From Epiperipatus broadwayi (Eukaryota; Animalia; Onychophora), in NCBI GenBank assembly GCA_028023455.1, contig JAQFVV010000005.1, positions 18,972,001-19,036,000 of the forward strand: a DNA stretch of 64,000 nucleotides, written 5' to 3'. Position numbers and translations under genes: made by a program. Numbering within the stretch: the stretch's first letter is position 1; each line of letters begins with the position of its first letter. The notes under the pieces are model-generated. The model made no database searches. It saw nothing but the letters and a program-made list of their open reading frames with translations, and was not told the DNA's origin. Shown piece by piece: positions 1 to 13,522 of this stretch.

Positions 1-1361
1 AAATAAGGTAAACTGAAATAAAGACTTGGACAGCATATATAATTTGTACAAAAATTAAAGCAAAAATATTGAATATTTATTTCAGTATATTAGAATGTTA
101 AAAAAATCACAATAAATTGGAGAAGAAATTTAAAGAAGATATTTTATAATCTTTTGGTTAGGTCTTTATAATAAAATAAGATATCTGAAAACAGGATAAT
201 AGAACTAATAAAATTGTTATTAAAATGGGATTGGATAAGAAAAAGTAAGAAATGAATGAATTTATTGTGGTATATAATAGTTTTAGAAAGAGGATTTCTG
301 AATATATAATCTATGCATAGACATTTCTCAGTTCATTTAAGAAGTCATTTACAACATATTACATTATCATGCTTAGCTGCACAATTGAGTGTCCTCCCAA
401 ATTCTTTATTTCCTAAATATGCTTTTCTATTGTAGATGATCAATTTTGAGCTAATTAAGTTTCTTTGGTAACAGCTTTTAATTTTCACTGAACCCATCTA
501 ATAATTACATTTTCTCTTATTCAAACTAATTTCAAATAATCTAAGCAAACTTGCTTGTATTGCTTATTTATGTTGGTCACAAGGCCAAAAATTAATTAAT
601 TAATTAAGATGTTTTCCTGTGTCATTTAGCAACGATCGATACAATAGTTAGATATATCTCAATTGATTCAACTAGGTTAAATGAGAAGAACTGTCAAATT
701 CAACACATTATTTTGATATTCAAGTAAAACATTATCTTCTGTATTACTCACCATACAATATATTATTTTTTATAAAGATGTATAAATTGTATTAAAAGAG
801 TGACAAAGATTAAATTTCTATTTACTAAATCAGTAAATGAGACACACACACCTCCAAGCTCTACTTCCACTCACATGTTATGGAAATATTTATTATTATA
901 ACTTAATAGTATATTTGTTTCAGTAGTCTGTCCTTATATAAAACAATTTATTGTAATATTAAATAATGCAAACTATATATAAAGTTACACATTACATAGC
1001 ATTACATAAAGAATATTATTTATTTACTGATGTAAAGAATCAAGCCACTGATTTGCCAATTACTCATACAATTAGATCAAATGCACATGGATTGCTAAAA
1101 AGAGGTTAAACAGTCTTTTTAATAAATAGCCCTCTGAAGACAATGATCTCTTCAAGAGCTCTTCATATAGAAACAGTGAAAGAAAATGCTTTGTACTCCA
1201 CCAAGTTTGCCAATTGCAAAGTGGTAGGATATGAACAGTTTTCAATCCTTCTAGCTAAGAATATAAAGATATTTAATTACTGACCAATGCTGTACAATTA
1301 ATGGGTTGGCTATTGACCAGTTATTTAATAAAAAATCCTAAGCCTCTTGGCAAAAATTTCA

Positions 1362-1432
1362 TTTGTCCCAGATTCGAACCTTTAAGTCAGAGGTATAAGG
1401 GGAAAATGTGCTACCTCTGCACCATTTAGACT
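1362..1432 (-). mobile_element. tRNA-derived SINE head (degenerate)
   Basis: Minus strand: A-box-like TGGTGCAGAGG and B-box GGTTCGAATC at tRNA-like spacing; no complete cloverleaf. Confidence 0.55.
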
Positions 1433-1539
1433 GTTACACATTAATAAAACATTTACAAATTATTCACAAATTCCATGATGAATAATTCATTATTTTCGAA
1501 TAAACATCAATTGTGACATGAAGCAACTGTCTTTGTTGT

Positions 1540-3311
1540 TGATATGTATATGTATGCTTAAATGCACATACATAATATAGGTGTAAACTTAATGAGAAAA
1601 AGTTATAAGTTTAAATAAATTAAAGAATTTTGAAAAACTAATTCTTTTTAAAATAGTAAGTAAAAGATTTATAACTTTAAGATTAGAAAAAGATTATTTT
1701 CTAAAATGAATACCAATCTAATTAATGAGAGTAGAATACTTCGTTAATGAAATATAAAAAAAACAAAAAAAAAGGAAAATAAATAGGGCACACTGATGCT
1801 CTATCATGTATGCCTGATCAGACTGAAAGATATAAAAAAGAAATTAATTATATCGATGCCTTGAAGAGTCAAACCCTCAACAGCACAATAGTGACTGCAT
1901 GGTCATCCGAAGACAATGGCTAACAATGGATGGTAAAGCAGATCAGCAAAGGATGGCCGAATCAACGACCTAGTTTTCTTCATAAAGAATTATGGAATGC
2001 CCATGAGAAGTTGTCTGCATGCAAGAGATGCATTCTGAGGTGTGATCGCGTTCTAATCCCACTAAAGAGTAGGAATCAAATTCTAAAGCTGTTGCACGAG
2101 GGCCATCCAGGCATCATTAGGGCAAAAGCATTAGCTCATAGTATGTCTGGTGGCCCAGTATTAATAATGACATTACAAAAATGCAAACACTGTCAAACAT
2201 GCGCTAAAGTGCCTCCAGTTAAGTCTGAACCATGACCTAAATCTGAAACGTCATGGCAACAGATACACATCAACAACTGCGGCCCATTTGAGGGTCATTT
2301 ATTTTTGGTAGTGGTTGATGCATTTTCAGTGTGGACCGAATATAAAATAATCAATAACACAAGTACAGACATGACAGCAAATTATACGAAATTTTTGCTC
2401 ATCACAAGTTTCCAGAAATGCTTGTTTCAGAGAATGGAACTGGTTTGACTTCAGCAAAGTTTGAAGAAGTGATGCAAGAATGGGGGATTAAACACACACT
2501 CATCCCTCCTACTTCCCTCAATCCAACAGACTAGCTGAGAAAGCTGTACAAACTCTAAAGTCTTCCATTAACAAACTGGGTAAAATTAAAATACATGAAG
2601 CAGTGCTGACTGCACTCCTCCATCAACATGAGACCCCAGTGCTAAATCTGGAAAATCACCGGCTAAAATGTATTTAGGTAGAAAGTTACACACAAAATTA
2701 TCAAACATTGTGCCAATTGGGGATCAAAATAAACACCTATAAATTTAATAAATTTAAACCACAGGAAAAAGTGTAGGTGAAAAAATAATACAAACAAGTT
2801 TTTCACAGGTGGAAGTTTTTCATCATCTATCAAAACAAGTAGTTATAGTTCAAATAAAAAATGGGGAAATACTTCGCAAGCATGTAAACCAGTTATGTAA
2901 AGACGACAACAAGGAGATAATACCCGACTTATTCAACACAACGGACACCGCTGACCAGTTATTAAGAGGGAGCACACCAAGTGAAGTGAAACATAAACAA
3001 CATGCTAAAAGGAAAATAAAAAGACCCACATATCTTAATGACTACATACTGAGTTCAGAGATTAAAAACTGATCTCGGAACTTGGGGAAGTAATGATATG
3101 CATGTGTATTCTTGAATGCACATACATATATACATATAAACTTAATGAGAAAAAGTTATAAGTTTAAATAAATTAAAGAATTTTAAAAGACTGATTCTTT
3201 TAAAATAGTAAATAAAAGATTTATAACTTTAAGATTAGAAAAAGATTATTTTCTAAAATAAATACCAATCGAATTAATGAGAGTAGTATATGTCATTAAT
3301 GAAATAAAACA
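1540..3311 (+). mobile_element. Internally deleted Ty3/Gypsy LTR retrotransposon with both LTRs and an integrase remnant
   Basis: Direct repeats 1540-1765 and 3094-3311 with TG...CA ends; PPT GGGGAAGTAA at 3084-3093. Integrase HHCC region (RVLIPLKSRNQILKLLHEGHPGIIRAKALA) and core remnant (WQQIHINNCGPFEGHLFLVVVDAFS) carry stops and frameshifts. No TSD recognised. Confidence 0.9.
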
Positions 3312-4015
3312 ATTAAAGGTGATCGAGTTAGACTTCCTTTATAAGATAAATGACAAACTATAAAAATAAGTCATTAATTAAAATCAGAAAGATATCAATG
3401 TAAATTCATTAAAATGAAGAATCACCTGATCGGATGGATGGGAGTACAAGCCAATCAACTGTGGAAATTAAAACAATGAAGGCCTTTATGAATTTGAGGA
3501 AGAAGACTACACTTGATTCTTGGAGCTTTGCCTGTGCACTCGGACATATATATTGGAGCAAATAGTCTTCCATGGCACACTGACTTCAAACGCAGAGAGC
3601 TGGCCTCCAAATGTGGGAACAACCAGCTAGGACTCTTATAGGTCGTATTGATCTAAATTATTATTTATATATGCCTTCAGGCCTTATTACATTAAATGAT
3701 TGGATATATGTAAATAGTTTAAAATGCTATTAAGAATTGTTCATTAAATTATCTAAATATTAAATATTTAACAGTGATTTGTACTCGTGGGAAGTGCACT
3801 CTTAGCATCAGCTAGACATAACAGTTGGGATACTGAGAAAGTTCAAATAAGAGAATTATTAAATATTTACAATGCAATTTCAGATAAACATTCCAATATA
3901 ATGTGCTTATTAGTATACAACTACTCAGAAGTATACTTATTAGAACAATATTTATTAGTATATTTGTTTGAACAATTCAAGAGCCAGAAATCTCCATGAA
4001 TATTATGCTCTAGAC

Positions 4016-4509
4016 CAGTGGTCTTCAACCGCCGGTCCACGGCCCGGCATCGGTCCGTAGAAGTTTTTTGCTGGTCCGTGCTAGACTGGCAAGAAAGTTT
4101 TTAATAACAAAATAATAAGATTTTAAACTTTTAATTAATATAAACAATTTTTATTTATTTTTTCATCGCACTTTTACCTGATTAAAAAAAAGAAACAGAA
4201 CAAAATCTAATCAATCATACATAAATTAATTTGTTTTTTTAGTTATCACAGATGTTTATGGAGGGGGGGGGTAGAATTAAATTTTTATTGCTTTTCTAAA
4301 AAAATTCAAAATTAAAAAAAAAAAAGTTTTTTATTATACAAACTCCATATATATATAACTTCATCTAAGGCTAAGCTGTTTACATCTTTAAGAAAATTTA
4401 TCTATAGACTTCTGCTGGTCTACGAAACCTTATCCTTATTTTTGCCGGTCTGCGAAATCTTATCCTTATTTTTACCGGTCCGCAGGTGTGAAAAGATTGA
4501 AGACCACTG
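4016..4509. mobile_element. Non-autonomous hAT (Charlie/Buster-type) MITE, 494 bp
   Basis: TIRs CAGTGGTCTTCAA...TTGAAGACCACTG; perfect 8-bp TSD CTCTAGAC (4008-4015 and 4510-4517), matching the NTCTAGAN preference; subterminal CGGTCC repeats. Confidence 0.95.
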
Positions 4510-5786
4510 CTCTAGACTCTACCATTACACTAAACTATGCAGATAAATAATGTATTTTAAAGTCATTCTTATCACTGTAAATGAAAGTCAGTTTGAAATG
4601 TTTATCTTTATCTACTCATAATCAACCTATTAGTACTCTTTATTTTAATAGTAATTTTTATATTCCTATATATTTTCTTAATATTATTACTTTCTTTAAA
4701 TACTTTTGCATTAACTTCTGTAATTATTGTTTTTATTTTACAAATAAATATTGTAATTACATTTGATTTTTTTCATGTCTTATTTTTTTACTAAAATTAA
4801 TTTCTATGAAAAGTTGTTATAAAGTTTGTTGATATCAAACAGAAACTTACACATCAATAAAGACTGAATACTAATGATATACAAATACTCTTTTTCCAAA
4901 AGCTTAGCAGTTATAGTTGCTTGTCTATATAGTTAGATAAGCAAAATTGTTTAGGTTCAAATTCTTATGAAGTGTGAAAATATCAAGATATTTGTTTGAT
5001 TATAATGAATAAAATATGGGTTCTGAATGGCAAAAATAATTCTCTCCTCCAAAAAAGATTAATCAACCAAAACTAATCTACGGATTTGTATTTATATATA
5101 ATTTACAGATATTTGTAGCTAAGGCGTTCTAGTAAAATTAATATAACTTGTTATATTTTATTTGCTGCTAATTTTAAAAAATTTCATTTTGAAAATGGGA
5201 GCAAAAAAAGTACACAAATATGTGTGCAAACCACATGGTTAACAAACATATACAAATAACCAGAATAAAATAAAATTTTCTGAAATATTTAAGACGTGAA
5301 TTTGATATTCACACACTTAATATTGAAACGGAAATCTCCAATCCTTTTCCGTTTCACCATCAACCTAATGACCTACTCGTCTAAACTAATTTCGAACCTA
5401 TTTTTAATGTAAAAATGTAATATATAAGTCGAGCGGGAAAACTTTGCTACAATGGCCGCTTGAATGGCATCATCCATTTACATACGAAAACACGCTATAA
5501 TTAGACAGGTTTGATACAATTATAGCGGAGAAATGCTCATAATTTATTATAAAATGTTTTATTAATTTTCAGTCAATTCTTAATTATATTCGCTATTATA
5601 TTCGTATGTGGATGGATAAGTTAAACATTGGAATGATATATATATATTTAAGTTTAAATAAAGATACTGTAAAACATTTTCTTTAAATTATATTTAACGG
5701 TTTTCTGATTTAATGTTTTACATATATAATTGAAACTAAAGTATTTTCTTTAAATTTGCTTTTTTTTTTTAATAAACAAATAATAT

Positions 5787-7651
5787 TGTAAGAACAAATA
5801 TGTTAAAAGTTATTTATTTCAGTAAAATAAAAATCATCCATTTGTAATTAAAAATGAGAATTTTGTGTAAACAAGAGATCAATTAGTGACTGCACCCCGG
5901 GTAAAAAGTAAAATCTGTTTTCTGATTGATTTTTGTTTGCAACAAAAGACTTTTTCATTAAATCAGAATACCGTTCCTTCTGCTAAGTAATAACACCTGA
6001 AAAGGAATTTAATTAATGAAAATGAATCAAATTATATAGTTTATATATTTTGATACATTTTTTTAAGGAAATTAAATATAACACCTCGGAGATTTTATCA
6101 GTTGTTGTAGAAATTGAATTATATTATTTTGCTTTAATTAAAAGTCAATTGGTCCTGAGGCTTACGAAATTCCAGAAAGGTGTTAAAGTTTAGTAGAAGG
6201 ATATAAATAGGCCTTATTTTAAGCGGGAAGAGAGAATCCATCTTACTTTTGAAGAGAGTCAACAGGAGAAGTTTTATTATTGTTCAACCTTAACATGTCT
6301 GGCTAAAGTCAGGCAAAATTTTGCTGCTTTCCCGTGATGGAACGCCTAGTTCAATCCATCAAATGCCAAAGGAACAACCAAGCTTACACCAACTAAATTT
6401 GAAGATGCCATAAGCCGTAAAAATAATTTGCCCTCGTTCCGATTTCAATCCAGCTAAAGAAACACTATTTTAAAAATCGTCTCCCAACTAAATTGAAGAT
6501 GCCATAAGCCGCCAAAGAAGTCACCTTCGTTTCCAGCTCGAATCTCTCCTTAGCTACAGAACTATTTTAGTATTATTTAAAATCGCAGAGCTCTGTGTGC
6601 ATTTCAAAAACATTCATTATTTCTTCAAAAACAGGTTAGCTAACCATATTATTGCAATTTCTTTCTAAATTTTTTCCAAATAATATTGTAAATTCTCTAA
6701 AATGAAATACTTTTGCAAATTTCTTTATTAATTCAATATTGTAAACTCTGTCTAAATCGTATTTGAAATCTATAAATGAAATATTTTTGCTAAATTTCTT
6801 TGTTAATTAATATTTTGCTATATAATTTAATCACTGCAGTTATATTTTGCTTTTCTTTTGCTTATTTTAATTATTGTTAGTTATGCCTATGTTTCGAAAC
6901 GGCGTGCATTTAATTATAGAATATGTTTTTAAACATATAAATTTAAATTATTTATATAGCGTCATTTCGTGCGCTGTTTCGAAACCCAAATTCATATTTT
7001 GTCATTTTGTAAATTAATTAATATAAATATAAAATGTGGCTTTTCAACCTTTATTTATTATGTTACTAAAGATTAAACTAGCCTGGAGTGCAATCATAAG
7101 TATATTTTTTTAGTTAAGTATTCGTAAGTCCCCTATTAAATATACTTTTCCCCCCTTTTAAAAGTTTAGTAGTTATAGATAACTAAAGAGATTGAACGAG
7201 AAAAGTAAAGTTTGTATATATATATTCCCGTCAGTAGCATATCGTATTTCTCATGCTACAGAAGAGTTGGCTCTTTTGAATCAAGCTGATGATCTAGTGT
7301 TCATTTAATATATAATATTTAATTTATAATATCCTTCAGCTTGGCGGATGTGGAATTTATTTATATCTTCTCGTTATGCTGTTTTTTTTATACATATATA
7401 AGATGGAGCCACGGTAAGTCCAGCCCATCTTCTCTTATGGGTAGTGCAGTAGCGAAGTCTGAGCTACGGGCCAGATTAGCACGTAAGTCCCCCGCCTCTG
7501 AACCAAATAAAGGTTCCCCATTAGCAGCATGACGACCGGTTCTTGGGTAAACCGTTGTTTGTCACAAAAACCCTAAAACTATTCTTCCATCCGCAGAGCC
7601 ACTTTATTATTATACTTTACTTGTGCCTAGCGTATTAGTAAAATCGTTATA
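5787..7651. mobile_element. Putative long LTR-like element, possibly a distant relative of the 24349/36597 family
   Basis: CpG-retaining block starting ATAT|TGTAAGAA. Shares colinear words with the 24349 element (AATTAGTGACT 5881 vs 24854; TTCTGCTAAG 5978 vs 24948, similar spacing; ACGACCGG near the 3' end). Right boundary uncertain (TCGTTATA at 7644-7651); no TSD. Confidence 0.35.
6389..6590 (+). repeat. Two diverged tandem units of about 95-105 bp
   Basis: CCAACTAAATT(T)GAAGATGCCATAAGCCG at 6389 and 6484, each followed by similar sequence ending CTATTT...AAAATCG. Confidence 0.8.
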
Positions 7652-8249
7652 GCCAACTCTTCCCTCCCTAATATGCAGTCTTCGGCGTTGATCCGAAGCA
7701 TTCTTGAAAACCCGTTCGATCTAAAGCTATCTGGGACGCTTTAAAAGCCCATAGTTAAAATAAATTTATTATAATTAAGATGTATTAAGTTTCACTCCAG
7801 ACTTGGTTTGATTTTACGTAAAAGAGCCACACGAACTGATGATGAAAGGGCATAACTGGTAAAAGTTAATGTAGTGATTAGTTATATAGTAGGGTATTTG
7901 TTTCCATTAAATAATATTGGAGCAATTAAATAATAGCCAACGTATCAATTATTGGCCTAGAGTAATGTTACTTTATAAATAAAATGCCTGCGTGCATTTG
8001 CCAACAACAATTGTCAATAAATATATTTTAATTCATCATATATCAGTTTCTGTCTCATTATTAAATCAATCCAATTCACTAATTGCCCATAAGTATTCAT
8101 TAGTAAAGCCCCTATTATTTAAATATGTTAGATTTTATCTGTGGAATGTCTAGTATTTACGTTGTTTATATATATGTTTAAGTCCATGAGTCTTATTGTT
8201 TTCTCCGATTTGCTAGTGGGCCGGATGAAGAATTAAATCTCGTGTGCTA

Positions 8250-8320
8250 CCATTGTTATGTTATCCATTGGGTGTTAGATCTGGTGCTTGGAGAGTGGGT
8301 TCGAATCCAGGCTGGTCCCT
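8250..8320 (+). mobile_element. Possible tRNA-derived SINE fragment
   Basis: B-box GGTTCGAATCC at 8298-8308; A-box not convincing. Confidence 0.35.
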
Positions 8321-9189
8321 GACCTAAATCTCGGGCTTGACTGGGTTTGAAGTACATTTTGTGAGTTCCAGCTCGTGTTAGATGGATAAGCATGTTTTGA
8401 CTGGCACAATATATAGTAATAAACATTTTTAAATTAGTCAATCAGTTCCATGATATCTTCCTAGTATTAATTTTAAAAAACAATATCCATACATCTGTAG
8501 CAAGATGAAAAAAAATGATGCCAGCTATACAAGAAAACTTTTATAGTTTAAAATAAAAGATATGAACTGAGCTTGATATAAAATTATCAAATACCAGCTA
8601 TCTTTAACATTTTTCTAAGCCATAAACAGAATCTATTAAGATAAACTTCATTAAATTAGTTCATTTTCATTCTGTAACTACATGTCACTATAGATTATCT
8701 ACAAATGACATAATGAAAGCTAAAAGACAAGATCCAAGATAGTTCAAAAATCGTACACATAAAGAGATATTAGAATTCATATGGAGTAAATCACTACTAA
8801 AATAAGACAAAATCTTGTATATATTGAACCTAGTACTCTATTATTAAAGCTAATAAATAAAAGTAATTAATTTGTATAACTAAAGTTATAGTATAATAAT
8901 AAAATGATGCAATTTAGCACTCATCAAAGATTAATAAGAATTAAGTAATAATAGGAAACTTATATTTCTACAAAATTATAGCTAATATTTTTATCTCTAA
9001 AATATTTTAACTATTGCATATTAATAATAATATGCACATATTTTGCAACTTTTTGATGTGGTGAGGAAGTCAAAATAAAATGTGTTGCACATGATGATTG
9101 GAGCTGATATCTCTTAAGATTTATTTATTATATATTTTAAAATTATTCTGTATTTTTTAATTTGCTCCTTATTTCTTAAGATTATTAAT

Positions 9190-9420
9190 GTTATTAAAAC
9201 AGGCAAAAACTTTCCATACAGTAGTGCCACTCAGTGCCAAACAGAGTAATCAATGGATGCCAGAAGGCTTGTGCATAAAATCCCCATCAGTGCCTACTCA
9301 TCCAATATCCCCAGACTAGTTTCTGGCTGTTTGGCACTGAATGGCACTACTGTATGGAGAGTTTTGCCTGTTTTAATAACAGTTATGTGCTAGCATAAGA
9401 AATAGTGATCGTGTGATTAT
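9190..9420. mobile_element. Fold-back PLE pseudo-LTR fragment, family A, with the 3' half of a hammerhead
   Basis: Inverted arms 9190-9244 / 9327-9381. Minus strand CAGCCA-GAAA-CTAGTC-TGGGG at about 9309-9330. Homologous to 22591, 44058 and 60621. Confidence 0.8.
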
Positions 9421-9967
9421 TAATGTTGTTTTAAAAAACATTAATGTTAAATCCTCAAATGATTAAATTTCTGTAAATAGGAAAAAAATATATGAATTTA
9501 ATTGAATTTTAATTGCTGTAAATAACATACTTAATAATATATGAAATAAAATTTAAATATAATTCTTTTGTTTTGATACGTATTTGTAATAATTAACTTT
9601 AAATCTTACTTAGTGTGTTAAATATAAAGATCATGTTCCCAATGAATGAATTTACATCTTAACAAGCATAACACAGTTTGGGATAACTTGAATTAATCAG
9701 CATTTTTAAATTTATTAACAATTAGTAGTAACATGTGTATATATAAAAAAAATAGTTCTAACAACTCAAATGATAGAAAGGAGTCATGATTTATGGATTC
9801 TGAACTTCAGAATCTACTACCCTATCACTGCTCTAAACCATGTATTTGTGAACAACTATTAGAAAATAAACAAACTATTACACAATAGTAGTTTTGATCA
9901 TGAAAACATTACTGTGATGATAATTAGTTCTGATTATTTATTACCATATGAAAGTAATATATATATA

Positions 9968-10112
9968 TAACCATTAGAAACCAGTTAACTCTTGGACAAC
10001 CCAATATAGATAACAATCAAGAATTTCAAACTGTTGTCAATGCAACAATTTGAAATTCTTGATTGTTATCTATATTGGGATTATCTAAGTGTTGACTGGT
10101 TTTTAATGGTTA
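9968..10112. repeat. Near-perfect hairpin (about 63-bp arms), probably PLE-derived
   Basis: TAACCATTAGAAACCAGTT...TTTCAAA / TTTGAAA...ACTGGTTTTTAATGGTTA; both arms begin with a degenerate GAAA-CCGGTC-like motif. Confidence 0.8.
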
Positions 10113-13100
10113 CTTATAAATCCACTTAGCCTTGAGCATTATTACACTTAATATATATATATTACAATCAAGTAGCAAATCTATTTCTCCTATCTTAGTT
10201 CTACCACTTAATGTAAGCATGAGCAATCAATAGATGCCGGATGGTAATATTTAATAACTCCATATCCAGTGCTATCCATATCTTCAGATTAGTTTTTAGT
10301 TTATAGCTTTCACCAGTGAGGAATTCTGATTTGGCTCTGTTGTATTTTGTAAAAATTACATACAAGTTTATGCACTCCAGAAAAACTAGTATTTATTCGA
10401 GAGGTTGTTTTTAGATCGCGCACTGATAACTGAGGAATTTAATTAAGGCATTAACGTAATGGCGAATGTTAATTCCAAAAAATATTTGCTGATTGCAAAT
10501 ATTTCTAGATAAGAGACCTTAGCTTATTGGACAATGTAATTAAATGCTGCAGTTATCAGAAAGCTATAAAAAGACTGGTAACAACTACATGAGGCAGTAT
10601 TTGAGTGCATCTCCAGTAGACGTTCCTGTTTAATTCCAGTAGGAGACATCTCACGTCAGTGCTTCGGTTAATGGCCAGTGCCCAGTGGAAATGTAGTTCA
10701 TGAGTATAGCTGAAAGAGCCCATGGAGATGGGAGACCGTAGCCTGAGGAAACCGTCCGGATAGCAGCTGATATTATGAGTTGAGTTTCCAGTGGTTTTCA
10801 AGTGGAGTTACTGGTAGACTGTTGCAGAGACGGAAGCTGTAAGGAGCTTAATGTCAGTTGCAGTGCTATACTATGAAGCGTTCGTGTGCAGCTAAACTGG
10901 ACTGGGGCTAAGGTATGCGTAAACCTAGCCCATTGTGAACAGTTTTTTGTAGCAGCCAGCCTGAATGAACATCGAGGGAATTGAACATTAGCGATCTGTA
11001 GAGATAAAGTTGTTGCGGACTATTTCGCTATTCTGATTACTTAAAAACATTGTGTCTTAATGTATATAGTCATACATATGGACATAACAGGCTCCAATGC
11101 ATCTTTCCTCCTGAAGACATTTTTTGCAGTAGGTGGTGGAATTGGAGTAAGAAAAATAAATTTTCTATTTAAAAGTAATGTGTAAAAAGGGATAATATGG
11201 TATTTTGTTGTTTTTATAATAATGCATATCTGCAATATATTCAAATATTATTCAAGTTATTTTACACCTATATTTAATCTGTTAATTTGATAATGTAAAG
11301 AGGTTTACTAAATTTATTTATATGTTTCTATATTTAATAAATGATGAAGAGGGTAGAAGGTTACAAACTATAATTGACAGTGGTCAAGTATATTTGTTCA
11401 GCTATTGAACTCTATTGCTTAGTTACCTTAATCTGTCTTCTGACAAAATCTTCAACATAGTTCTTCTAATTCTGAATAACTGCAATAAACTGATTAGAAT
11501 ACCCTCCCCCTGCCCCCTGATTAAAGAAAATAAACTATGCTAGTATCTTGTCGTGCAAATCTTTTAAATATAAGTTTTAAGAAGATAACATCTAATGACA
11601 TTCTACTATAGTTTATTCCTGCTATTATATTATTGTACAAAAAAAATATTGCTTCCAATGAATGTTTACATTGCAGAAAAGCTGATCTCTGCTAAAATAT
11701 CAATGCTCATAGCTTCATAAACTTTTATTATTAAAGAATATAATGATATATGCTATCATTTTCAAAATTACTTTTTATTTTAAAACAACCCTAATGAACC
11801 ATAAAAAAATGTTCTGTAATTAAAAAAATTAGCTACAATTTTTGTAGGCACCAATATCAACAATATTAATAGTACAATAGACTTTCTAAGAATAAAGTAT
11901 ATTAGGTACCCAAATAATTTTAAATAAAATCTAATAAGTATGATCTAAATTTATGATAAATGAAGTATATGGCTGAATGGAGTGATTAAAGGTGTATAAA
12001 TAATATTATATAGATATATACAGATCAATGCATAAAGAAATAATAAGTGAAGTTGTCATTCTATAATGAAAAAGAAAGCTTTTTTTTTTTTAATAAATGG
12101 CATGTTTAAAAATGTAAATAAAAATGATTTTCTTTGTTTAAAATATGTATATCAACTATATAGTTAATTTACAGTACATTAGATCACAACATTGCTCAAT
12201 AAAATTAAAATCTTTAAACACTGTCTGGCGTCAATTATCATTCTCATACTGATAGAAAGTAGCTACGAATATTTAAATCATTTTGATGTTTTTTAAAAGC
12301 AAGTGCACTATGAAATGATTATTATCTAGTGACTTTTTATGAAGCTATGAGCAGTTACTTGATCATAATCATACAAATTTGTAATGAATATAAAAAAATT
12401 TGGAAATTTTAATATATTAAATAATTTTAAATAACTAATTTTTCTTTACACAATTTCATTAATGGCTATTTTAAATATTTTCTATTAATTGTAAAAGTTC
12501 ACATGTACAAGTTACATTTTCCATATATATTAAGATAAAATATTTAGTGAATAAAATATAAGAAAACTGCATAAAAGATTAAGCTCAATCTATTTACTAT
12601 TCAGACCAATTCTTGTTATGTAATCTCAGTCAATCTAAATACATATCTTCAAAATTAAGAAAATGAGACCATGAACATGATTATCCATATTTTGAATTTA
12701 AGAATTTAACTGCTCAACTTTATAAATTTATTGTTTCAAAGTCAGAAAATATGATAACATTATTGTAATGAAGATGATGCTGTATCAAAGAAATTGCAAT
12801 AAATTATATAAGAATGAAATTAATAGTCATCATTCTCCATAAATTCAATGAATATTCAGAAAAAGTGTTGAAAATTATGTCCATTGCAATATGATAAATG
12901 TCAATATGAACAGTTTGTCCTTTTCTGAAATAATTACCATCTGAAATATGTATATGAATACATATTCTGTCATGTGATGTCTAAAATAAAAAATGGGTAG
13001 TACCTCCTTATTGTAAAAGTGATGTTCTTAACAGTTTAGACATAAAACGATAATTTCTAATTATTTTAATAAGTTCATAAATAAATTAAGGTCTTTAAAT

Positions 13101-13129
13101 ATGTAATACTGAGATATAAACTTATTCAA

Positions 13130-13320
13130 GTCAGATCTCCAAAGAATATATTTTCTAATAAAATTGCAAATAATGCCCCTTTTCTCATATCAACACCCAT
13201 ATTTTGTCTGATCAATAGATAGACATTGATAAAAGAAAAAGGATATGTTTTCTTTTCACCTGAAGTAAAGCTCTGTTATTATATTAGTAATATCTGAAAA
13301 ATTAATATGCATACTTTTAA
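13130..13320 (-). pseudogene. Possible decayed PLE/LINE reverse transcriptase fragment
   Basis: Minus-strand translation fragments (KYGVDMRKGALFAILLENIFFGDL) loosely resemble the PLE RT Q..GVAMGSPLSPVIANIFME motif; heavily mutated. Confidence 0.3.
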
Positions 13321-13465
13321 CAATCAAAATAAAAAATATATTGTATAAATATTATACAAAATGTAATTTAAACTTATATATAAAAAAGGTAAACAAAAAT
13401 ACACATAAGTTGAAATGTGTATGTCTTGTTTTGCCAATATAATAATAAGATATTTTATAAACTAC

Positions 13466-13522
13466 CTGAATTTTTAATGGAAAGAGTGATTCTGCAAGCA
13501 ACTCTGTATACTTCAACAATAT
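13466..13522 (-). CDS. SYNRG: Synergin gamma-like gene, short C-terminal domain exon (phase 1-1)
   Basis: Acceptor tttcttttcag|AT, donor TCAG|gtagtt; 57 nt; (N)IVEVYRVACRITLSIKNS matches the recalled human GVVEVYRVTKRVELGIKAT, which directly follows the previous segment. No further 3' exon was found in 1-13465. Confidence 0.9.

Noticed and set aside
1362-1432. Functional tRNA genes (here, at 8250-8320 and at about 15785-15845)
   Set aside because: Only A/B-box remnants; acceptor and anticodon stems cannot be formed; treated as SINE heads.
11060-11160. YCKKCLQEERCIGAC cysteine cluster (piggyBac C-terminal-like)
   Set aside because: Too short, with no adjacent transposase motifs or TTAA-bounded TIRs found.
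13250-13283. Exon-like AG...GT segment (DITNIITELYF) as the next SYNRG exon
   Set aside because: Phase fits at the acceptor, but the peptide does not resemble the expected L..LL..I..VWNNL segment and it lies in a probable RT remnant.
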